Shown here: positions 1-8,748 of the stretch, in pieces
How positions within the stretch are numbered: the stretch's first letter is position 1
Layout: each line of letters begins with the position of its first letter
From: Zygophlyctis sp. KS116
Taxonomy: Eukaryota > Fungi > Chytridiomycota
Assembly: GCA_054661495.1 (NCBI GenBank)
Contig: BAAFSQ010000059.1
Span: 16,674 to 48,673, forward strand
Length of the DNA: 32,000 bases
Reading direction: 5' to 3'
Translations under genes and position numbers: made by a program
Notes under the pieces: model-generated
Seen by the model: the letters and a program-made list of their open reading frames with translations, nothing else
Told to the model about the DNA's origin: nothing
Databases searched by the model: none

Positions 1-2427
1 ATAAATGGGCCTTACACATTTAGTAAATCGTGGCAGGTCAATAATGCAGAAAATCTAAGTTTACTAGAAACCAAAAATCTAGAACTGAAACCAAAAATTG
101 AACATTTGAAAGATGTATGTTCTATATTTAAATTTTAGATGATAAATTCTTGGAATTTAGGAAATAAGCTACTTCCAGATATCTCTTTAGATACCGGTCG
201 TGTTAGAAAATGCGGATATTTATTAAAGAAATATAACCAATCAATAGGTCCGGCATTATGGATTAGACGTTATTTTGTTTTGGAAAACGGACGGATTTTT
301 TATTATTTTCTGGCTGGAAAGGTTACTCTACAGACTCTACAGACTCTGCCCGTGAATGTTCTTCTATGCAATACAAAAATTTTAAAAAGGGAAGAAAGAC
401 GGTTTGTATTTGAAATCGTAAACCCAACCAGACAACCTTGGATTCTACAAGGTATTATCCTACTAGAATTTATAAATAGGCGAAAGTGAGCAAGATGTCG
501 ATTCATGGATTAAGGCAGTAAATGATGCGAAACTTCAAATCAGTGAATCTGATGAACCTCTTCCAACTTCATCATTGAAAGCAACATTGCATGAATTACC
601 TGAATATGTAGATGATGGTGAGCAAATTTATCTTGTACCTGCTAGGTATATGAATGATGGAATCACCGCTAATTCAAGAAATTTATCAGCTCTTGACTTG
701 TAATAATTTCTCAAGTAATACATTGATAGGTCTACTAATCGAAATCTTGAATTTTACGAAAAAAAGCTTTTAGAATTGATTCCAGATGGAACTGGAGATG
801 GTTCAAAACTTTTTGATGCTATGTCATGTTTTTTATTGAAAAACAATAATCAAGTTTCAGGAACTTTATATGTTAGAGAAGCTGATATTATATTCTCTGC
901 AAATATTTTTGGCGTTGATATTCAGGTATTATTCAAGGATTAAAATTAAGATTATTTGTCGTTTTGCAGAAATATCTACAATTTTTTCATCTAGAAACTC
1001 GTATTTTAGTACGATCCGAATTGAAGCAGGAGATGATGATAATGTGCATTTAATTAATTAACCTTTTTAGATAGATTTTAAAATTGCCCTGGAACAAGAA
1101 GAAAAAACAATGTTTATGCTTAATAGAATATGGATGAATGCCACTGGTGACACTGTAATACTTGATTTCGTTCATGATCTAGCCTATTCCAACATTAGAT
1201 CTCGTAAAAGAAATTAGCGAGGGAAGATCTTTGTCTTCTAACGAATCTGGTGGAGATTTTAGTCTCAAGGAAAAGAGAGGTATATGAAATATTATTTAAA
1301 AGTTATAGGTGCATATCAACTTCCGCCTGATTTTGCAGAACCATCAGAATCAATTAACTGTGGATGCGAAACTCATTTGGAAGTTATAGCAGTGGATTCA
1401 GATGTGAATTTACCAGCATACATATTATTTTCTCTAATGTTTGGAAAAGATTCAGCATTTTTTTGGGAAAAGGTTGGTATACTTACCGGAATAACTGGTA
1501 ATCATATTAAATTTTAATCATTAGCAAGAACGAATGGGGAATGGTCATTAAATGCCATTCCAGAGCGTGAAGTAGAGTACGATGTACCTGTCAGTAATCC
1601 TATGTGTATTTTGTAGCATTTATTTAATGCTAGATAAACTTAAAAAAGCTCGAGTCTATGTAAAATCGAAAATAATAAAAAATCAAGAACACATTCTTTA
1701 CGTAGTGGAAGAAATTTCCAAAACTCCGGCTGTACCCTATGGTGATACTTTTCAAACAATTGCCAGATATTGCATCAGCTGGAAAAATCAAGAATCGTGT
1801 CATATTTTGGTTACTGGTGAAATTGATTGGTTAAAACATCCTTTAGTAAAAGGTTTAATTAAAGGATTTGCCATGAAAGGTCTAACAGATACTGCTAAAG
1901 CAGCATTAGAAGTTGTAGAAAATGGGCTTTCATCAAAACCAAAACCAATCACAAGAAAGATCACTAATCCAAGCCATGATAAAAAACAGAAGCCTAAATT
2001 AATATCTCTTCAATACAAGCACTTGGCACTTCTCATTTTTCTAATATTCAGCCTGCTATTGTTAAGTATATACAATTGGTATAATATTCATAAATATATA
2101 CCAATCAATCAAAAATGCATACCACAATTTAGAATCGAGGAATGGGTAAAGTCTAAGGATTCAGACAACAACCAGAGATCTAATTTTGTCAAATATCACT
2201 TTATAGATTTTACTAAAAAAACTATAAATCAAAACATTACATATACAAATCAAACTCAAGCGAGCAAATTCAAAAAATATTCAAATTATCTCATTAGTTC
2301 AGAACAAATGGCCACCAAACTCTTGAAAGAATGGGTTCTACTAAATAATATCCAAGAAAGTAGCATTGAAGCATTATATCAAAATTGGCTTCTAGACAGC
2401 TTATTTGAAATTAATAATACAGATTAA
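1..2427 (+). CDS. 5'-truncated Sip3/LAM (Aster/GRAMD1-like) lipid transfer protein: PH - GRAM-like - VASt/StARkin - C-terminal TM
   Basis: PH domain (KCGYLLKK...WIRRYFVLENG...RRFVFEI...ILQGESEQDVDSWIKAV after splicing), VASt motif (SKTPAVPYGDTFQTIARYCI...W.KHPLVKGLI), TM helix (LALLIFLIFSLLLLSIYNW). Introns placed by frame: 115-138, 452-479, 700-729, 926-950, 1044-1070, 1155-1182, 1280-1302 (or -1308), 1498-1524, 1606-1633. Confidence 0.8.
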
Positions 2428-2546
2428 ACTTTAAATAGTATTTAGAATTTTCTGACTTGTAAGATGTTGTGTCCGATCGACTTTCAGCGTGGCGCAATAG
2501 GTTTCTAATAGTTATTTCGACTGTAAGTTTGTTCTATTAATGCTAG

Positions 2547-3824
2547 ATGAGATCCCTTTCCGCTTTCAATATAATCATTCGGCCTGCTAGGAGCTTTTAC
2601 AATGCATCTTTATCAGCTATCCATCAAAAGGAAAAGGATTTTAGAAATCATCAAGCATCGTCTTCTAGAAGGAAAATTGTGTTTAATTGGGAAAATGTGA
2701 AGAATCTGAGAGGGCATGAAAAGATTGAACTATTCAGAGATTTTGCTCAAACAGCAGATACAGAAAATGCATTGAGGATTTACTTAATCATAAAGGAAAA
2801 TGATTTATTGTCACGAATGACTTATGTGGACCATCACAAAATGTTTCATTTGCTTTTAAAAAATAGAAGCATATATCAAACAGAAATTATTAATGTATGG
2901 AATTGGATAAAACAAAATCAGTATTATCCGTCTGCAGGACTCTACAAGGAAATGTTTTATTGTTATAAAGCATGGATGGATTTACAAAATGCAATAATTT
3001 TGTATCATCAAATGATTGACACCAAGATTCAGATTGCTCCTGAAATATATGAAACATTATTGCTTCTTTATGCCAATAGTAGAGATTCAAGAAATCATTT
3101 AGAAGGAATCAAATTATGGAATTCAATGGGAAAAGTCAAATCAAGATCATCATTGATTGCAATCGCTCTAGAGTTATTTGGAAAAGTTAAGGATATTGTA
3201 AGTGCAACCAATCTGTATCACGACACATATCTTAAATTGCCAAAAGAAGGTTCTCAAGCATTAAAAATTAAATCAGTTTATCTTTCTGCATTAGTTCATG
3301 CAGAAGACTATGATGAGGCATTTGTGTTTTATGAAAACATGATTAATAATTCGGAATGGATTGCAGGAAGTCAAGTCATACCAACTAGTATCTTTAGATC
3401 AATTTTTAGAACAATGATCAAGGCAACTTATAAATCGCATAATCTCCCACTAGCTAAAAAAATTCTTAAAGATATGGAATCAAAAGGAATAAATACAGAT
3501 AGTCAAATTAATTCAAGATTTTTGGTAATACTTGGTGTCAGCGGGGATATGTCTTCAGCTGAGAAGTTTTATGAAACCCAAATCCTGGAATCATCAGATA
3601 AACATATAGGACGCTATCAAGTTGCGCTGCTAGAAGTATATTGTCAAAGATTAGAGCGCACAAAGGCTGATGAACATTTTGCATTGATAAAAGACATGCC
3701 TTTTAAGTTATATGCCATGAATTTTCTCAAAAAGATGTATCAGGAAATGGAAGATATTGAAGCAGTTAACAGAATGGCAGAAATGATCAAGATAATTGAA
3801 GAAAATAAACAGAGTCGATTTTGA
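2547..3824 (+). CDS. Pentatricopeptide-repeat (PPR)-like alpha-solenoid protein, probably mitochondrial
   Basis: Intronless 425-aa ORF. Arg/Ser-rich, acid-free N-terminus (MRSLSAFNIIIRPARSF). PPR-like ~35-aa units, e.g. IFRTMIKATYKSHNLPLAKKILKDMESKGINTD and YKEMFYCYKAWMDLQNAIILYHQMIDTKIQIA. Confidence 0.7.
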   Translation: MRSLSAFNIIIRPARSFYNASLSAIHQKEKDFRNHQASSSRRKIVFNWENVKNLRGHEKIELFRDFAQTADTENALRIYLIIKENDLLSRMTYVDHHKMFHLLLKNRSIYQTEIINVWNWIKQNQYYPSAGLYKEMFYCYKAWMDLQNAIILYHQMIDTKIQIAPEIYETLLLLYANSRDSRNHLEGIKLWNSMGKVKSRSSLIAIALELFGKVKDIVSATNLYHDTYLKLPKEGSQALKIKSVYLSALVHAEDYDEAFVFYENMINNSEWIAGSQVIPTSIFRSIFRTMIKATYKSHNLPLAKKILKDMESKGINTDSQINSRFLVILGVSGDMSSAEKFYETQILESSDKHIGRYQVALLEVYCQRLERTKADEHFALIKDMPFKLYAMNFLKKMYQEMEDIEAVNRMAEMIKIIEENKQSRF

Positions 3825-3853
3825 ATTTGTACACGCTCCTTTTATGTGAATTT

Positions 3854-4846
3854 TTAAGACCCCAAATTTTTGACTTTCTTTTGATAATTTTTATGATGCC
3901 TGATTAAATATGAATAATAACTTTTCCCTCCATCTTTTGCAAATGAGCATATTTCCATAGTCATTGCAAAAACCGTAAACTGAAAACTTTCCCAATCTTT
4001 GTCTGAAACATATTGCGGTCTAGTTTGCTTGTTGTAAAAAAATTCCAAGAATGCTTGAATTGGCGAATCTAAATAAGGCTCCCAAAATTCATTTCTTTCA
4101 ACCTCTTCTGTTAACCATCCAACCCGATCACCAGTCCAAAAAGGCAAGATTTCCGTGACTGTCGTAATTCCTAAACGATTATATAGAGCCTGTCTTAACG
4201 GCCTTAAAACCAAGTGAGGATTACCATATAGTTTAAAAAAAGGTGATGCTCCGCCTCGTTTATATAATTTTTTAGATATGATATTTGCATAATGAACTGA
4301 TTTATAATCAGATATTAAATTTGTTATGATTGAAAGTTCTCTTTTTACTTTTGACTTTGATTTATACTCAATAGCCTCTTGTAATTCAAATCCTTTCTCC
4401 CCATCATTATCCCATATTTTAAATCCAGAGTAAACTTTAAAACTTGAATTTCTAAATCTAAAGAAATCAGAGTCTCTACTTAGAACAATTGCATTATCTC
4501 TTTCAGCTAAAGAAGCCACAAGATCATCATTATCAATTTCTAAAGAATAAATTACAGGAACTCGATTCAACTGAAATGCATTACTTGTAAGTGTATCAAT
4601 TCCATATGGCAGAGACCTTTGACCGCTTTTAATTTCCTTTTCTTTTCTATGAATCCATTTCTTTTGAGTTTCTGAAGATATCTGTGTTGCATCAATAAAT
4701 GCCTTCACTTTATAACCGTTCCTTGAAGCCGCTTCACAAAATTCCTTGATTCTCTTAAATCCAGTTGAAATAGTTGAAATATTATTAATCCTTGGAAAGA
4801 AAACACTTGCATAATTCAATGCATCAATGTAGATCATCTTTTGCAT
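3854..4846 (-). CDS. PIN-fold (Asteroid/XPG-I-like) nuclease-family protein
   Basis: Intronless 330-aa ORF with the acidic PIN/FEN-like motifs IYIDALN, AFIDA, EIDNDDLVASLA and IVLSRDSDFF, plus a helical-arch-like ETQKKWIHRKEKE. Confidence 0.7.
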   Translation of the reverse strand: MQKMIYIDALNYASVFFPRINNISTISTGFKRIKEFCEAASRNGYKVKAFIDATQISSETQKKWIHRKEKEIKSGQRSLPYGIDTLTSNAFQLNRVPVIYSLEIDNDDLVASLAERDNAIVLSRDSDFFRFRNSSFKVYSGFKIWDNDGEKGFELQEAIEYKSKSKVKRELSIITNLISDYKSVHYANIISKKLYKRGGASPFFKLYGNPHLVLRPLRQALYNRLGITTVTEILPFWTGDRVGWLTEEVERNEFWEPYLDSPIQAFLEFFYNKQTRPQYVSDKDWESFQFTVFAMTMEICSFAKDGGKSYYSYLIRHHKNYQKKVKNLGS

Positions 4847-4891
4847 TCTTTTCTTGCGGATGGGAGGTTTATAATTTCCTAGTCGAAGACT

Positions 4892-5027
4892 TCATGTCCG
4901 AAACGTTTCATTTCAAGATTTCATAAATTCCAAGAGAAATTCTTTATTTAAATATCATTAAAAATAAAGAGCATACAAAGTAAAGATCATGAAGTTTTAG
5001 AAAAGATAAAAATCTCATGTCCGAAAC
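4892..5027. promoter_or_regulatory. Two identical 13-mers TCATGTCCGAAAC in the PIN/PPR divergent promoter
   Basis: Copies at 4892-4904 and 5015-5027; the core TGTCCGA recurs near many gene starts. Confidence 0.55.
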
Positions 5028-5085
5028 ACAAATCGCTGCCGGTCAGACCTAAAATCTCTTGAAAAAACTAGTTTTTAAGGATATC

Positions 5086-6408
5086 ATGAATAGGAAAATG
5101 ATTAAACAGATGGCAAACTTTGATATTATAATCCCTTCAAAGAGTCTGCTGATACAACCATGCAGTCTAGCTGAATCATTTAGAAAACTAATTCACAAGG
5201 ACACTGAAAGTGCATTCAAAATCTACTCTGTTATTTGTAAAAGGGATTTTGGAAGTTTGCAGTATGACGATCATGTATCCATGAAGGAAAGGCTGTTGAT
5301 GGATCCAGATAAATTTCGGAATGAAATAACTAAAACATGGGAAATTTATTCCAAGAATCAATGGACAATTCCTCCATTTTTGTTTCTAGAGACTCTAAAG
5401 GTTTTTATTGAATGGGATGATTATAATTCTGCAAGATATTTGGTAGATCAGATGCTGCTATTACCCGAAAAAAAAATTTCTGGACAATTATATTATTCAG
5501 TTTTGAGGATTTTTGCTGAAAGTTGTAATACTAAATTCGCTTTTCAGGGATTGACGATTTGGGAACAGTTGAAAAAGAAAAATCCGGAATTTGGGCATTT
5601 TTTGATTGCAATGGAACTGTTAGTTGTGCAAAAAAAGTTTTTTGAATTACAAAAGGTGTATCAAGAAGCTATAGAAAAATTCAAGAATACTGATCCACTT
5701 GAAAGAAGATTTTTACACTGTAGTTTGAAGATTTTAAGGAATTATCTACAAGAAAAGGATTTGGAAAATTCAAGATTGATATTTAATCAATTGATTAAAT
5801 TAAACTGCAAAATTCCACCAGATATATACTTTTCAATTATAATGATTCATGCAGATACTGCAGGGGTTCATTCATTTTATAATGGGACTAAACTTTGGTT
5901 GCAGATTAAAGACTATGAAAATAACTCTAAAAATTTACCTTTTATGGCAGTCATGGAAATGTATGGGAAGCATGGAGATTTATATAACTTGGAAAAATTG
6001 TTTCAATCACTATCATCAAATGCTAATGTTTCAAAATATTGTATAGAAATAAACTACATAGTGGGTTTGATGGATGCAAAGGAACCAGAAAAAGTCAAAA
6101 ATGCTTACTATTCATATTTTAAGTCATTTTTAGAGTTAAAAGAGGAAAAGGCATTGCGCTTATCTGATCGATTATTGGAAATTTCTTTTGATACAAAAGA
6201 TTTAGAATGGGCGAAACATATATTTATGAATATTAAAAACTCTGCAAGCATTCCAAATATGTCGATATATGAACGTTATATTAAAAATATGTGTTTATTG
6301 GGACAAAAAGAACATGCAAAGCAAGTTTTAGAGGAGATTCTATTAAGGGATTGGAGAAGTGAAGGCTTGGATATTGAACGGTTAGAAAAATACATTTATC
6401 GGGTCTAA
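5086..6408 (+). CDS. PPR-like protein, paralog of 2547-3824
   Basis: Intronless. First in-frame ATG is 5086 (the track start 5059 is TTG). PPR-like units (FMAVMEMYGKHGDLYNLEKLFQSL; PNMSIYERYIKNMCLLGQKEHAKQVLEEI). Aligns by eye with the upstream PPR protein. Confidence 0.65.
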   Translation: MNRKMIKQMANFDIIIPSKSLLIQPCSLAESFRKLIHKDTESAFKIYSVICKRDFGSLQYDDHVSMKERLLMDPDKFRNEITKTWEIYSKNQWTIPPFLFLETLKVFIEWDDYNSARYLVDQMLLLPEKKISGQLYYSVLRIFAESCNTKFAFQGLTIWEQLKKKNPEFGHFLIAMELLVVQKKFFELQKVYQEAIEKFKNTDPLERRFLHCSLKILRNYLQEKDLENSRLIFNQLIKLNCKIPPDIYFSIIMIHADTAGVHSFYNGTKLWLQIKDYENNSKNLPFMAVMEMYGKHGDLYNLEKLFQSLSSNANVSKYCIEINYIVGLMDAKEPEKVKNAYYSYFKSFLELKEEKALRLSDRLLEISFDTKDLEWAKHIFMNIKNSASIPNMSIYERYIKNMCLLGQKEHAKQVLEEILLRDWRSEGLDIERLEKYIYRV

Positions 6409-6568
6409 AAACTCCATTAAAAATTTCTCAAATTAAAAATATTTTTTTAAAAACTTTTTGTTGCGGCCCCATAATTTACCTTTTACTCTGGAATATACGA
6501 TTGAATCATGACAAAGTAAGAGCAGTGTCATACAATCGATATCCCTTTTGGTTTTCACAAATTAAAAA

Positions 6569-7505
6569 CTAACAGCAAAGATCTTCATTCTGAAATGCCA
6601 TTAATTTCTTTTCTTGAAGCTTTGACAAGTAAGGACCAAATACAGCCGAACCAAATCCAAGTCCCATAATAACAGCAAAAAACAAACCGATATTAAAGGT
6701 CATTGATATCAACATTAATAAGTATGTCCAACCCGCACCAAAAAATCTTGTACTTCCACGAATAATGGCATTTTTCATCCTTATCTGCATCGATGCCTCA
6801 ATCCCACCATCAATAGTATCAATAATTTTGAAATGAACTATTTGATAGCCTTCATAGAGAAAAGCAAACAAAAAAATTATGATCCATCCTAAGAAATAAG
6901 CTCCATCTGTTTTTGGAACAGCACTTTCAAACAAAATATAGTCATTAATTCCTAAATATAAATTCAAGAGTTTGCATACCAGAATGAAAATACATTTTCA
7001 TGACGGGTGCATTAGAAGCAATGTTCGCATTACAAAACTTAATTCCGTCAGTAGCCGAGCACATCTGATTCCATGAATTACATTGGCTCATTTCAGGCAT
7101 TGCCCGACAAAGTTGACCATAAGTTCCTAGAAGGTCACAGTTTGCATAAGTTGAAGTATCGCTCGCAATCTTGCAATTGCTACATCCGTCCATATTCATT
7201 TCATTGCAAATCGAAAAAATAGCTCTAGTAGCAGTTTTGGAAGTTGGTAAATTAGGAAGAGGATTGCAATTATCACAGGTAGCATTCAAGCATGATCCCA
7301 TTTTTGGCATATCATACATACAAATATCAGCAAAAAGAGAGCTGTTTGAGCAGTAAGAAGAAGGGAGAACCGAAGAATCCTTAATACATTGATTCAACAG
7401 TGAGCAGCCCGGCATTCCAGGCATTTGATTGCACAAAATATTCAATTCTGCAGATTGGCAATTTACTCCGAATAGAATGAAGAGAGTGATTATAAAGTGC
7501 CACAT
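6569..7505 (-). CDS. Ctr-family copper transporter with signal peptide and Cys/Met-rich ectodomain
   Basis: One intron (6952-6979) joins MKMYFHSG to INDYILF. Ctr hallmarks: MKMYFH, YLLMLISMTFN (MxxxM), GLGFG (GxxxG), C-terminal CC. Four CxxMx(x)MxxC-type motifs in the N-terminus. Confidence 0.88.
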
Positions 7506-7653
7506 TTCAGTTTATCCTTGACCTGCCGAGGAAATTTTGTCTGACGTCTAACGATCGTCGTCATCGAAATACTTACTAAATTATATTCTAATTAATTCCT
7601 CAAAAACTACAAAATATTAATTGAATTTGATCAAAAAGTGCTTGGTGACATCC

Positions 7654-8658
7654 TTAAATGCAGGCAAATTCACGAAAAAAATCACTGACTTGTCCGAAAT
7701 CAAAGTTACTCTTCTTATCCAAGTCAATTACATCATAATCAATATCCCACTGACTAGTGTAAGAGATTATATTATTGGGTTCCTCATCAAGTGAGTATTT
7801 GTTTGAAATTAATTTGTAGGATTTTGGCAAAAGTTGATCGATTTGTGTGATTATGGGTGATTTTCCAGAAAATGCAGACTCTTTGCTCCTTCTGTAAAAC
7901 AAAAAATTGACATCATTATGAAACTTGCATTTTGTCACAAATGACGGCAGAATACCGCATATATCACATCCTGGAGCAAAACTGTGTTGTTTCTTTTTCA
8001 ATTTCAAATGATCAGAGAATTTCGATGTTTTTGTCTTCTTTTCCTTCTTTTTGTAGTTACAATTTTCCAGATTAGAACTTTTGGGAATATTTCGCTTTTG
8101 ATTTTTATCGACGAGCATGATTTTGATATTGGAGTCTTTATCAATTGATTTTTGGGTGATCTCTTGCGAATATTGGACCGAAGAACATACTTTCGAGTAT
8201 TCAGTCTGTTTATCTTCTACTGAATTTGAATTATCTCCAAAAGAGCTAGATTCTTCAAACATTTCTTTAGATCTTTGAAAATCATCGATGGGCGGAATTT
8301 GGTTACTGTTCGATAAATCAAGACAAATCTCTGTGAAATCTGAATGGCCAGAGTTGCTAGAATTATCATCAATATTATTTGAATCATTCATAGGCTCAAA
8401 CCGCTCAGGTTGTTCAAGTTTGACTCTTTCAGTTTTACCATGTTCGGACAAACTCTTGGAGTTGTCGATAACAAATATGTAAGCCTTTTTCTTAACATTC
8501 GAAGAGCTCTCATTGCTACTGAACGTTGTACTATGAGCGTTTTCAGTAAAGCTCCTGTCCCAGATGTTTACACCTGCTTCAGCAAATGATCCATAAGTTT
8601 CTATTATGAAATTATCTTCATGATCAAATGGTTCTTTTGATTCATAAGAAAGATCCAT
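7654..8658 (-). CDS. Hypothetical Ser/Asn/acidic low-complexity protein
   Basis: Intronless 334-aa ORF starting at ATG. No family recognised; one HxxxxGCDIC...CKFH Cys/His patch. Confidence 0.5.
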   Translation of the reverse strand: MDLSYESKEPFDHEDNFIIETYGSFAEAGVNIWDRSFTENAHSTTFSSNESSSNVKKKAYIFVIDNSKSLSEHGKTERVKLEQPERFEPMNDSNNIDDNSSNSGHSDFTEICLDLSNSNQIPPIDDFQRSKEMFEESSSFGDNSNSVEDKQTEYSKVCSSVQYSQEITQKSIDKDSNIKIMLVDKNQKRNIPKSSNLENCNYKKKEKKTKTSKFSDHLKLKKKQHSFAPGCDICGILPSFVTKCKFHNDVNFLFYRRSKESAFSGKSPIITQIDQLLPKSYKLISNKYSLDEEPNNIISYTSQWDIDYDVIDLDKKSNFDFGQVSDFFREFACI

Positions 8659-8748
8659 CTATTGACTCTAGAATATTTTCTTAGTTACGTCGGTATGACG
8701 TTGGTGTTTATTTTGTCATAAACGAAATCATAAAATATTTAAGTATAA

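Noticed and set aside
2483-2501. tRNA 5' end / A-box-like TGGCGCAATAGG
   Set aside because: No D-stem closure, anticodon arm or downstream B-box, and its 5' flank does not pair with the acceptor-like strand at 18556-18562, so there is no support for a split tRNA.
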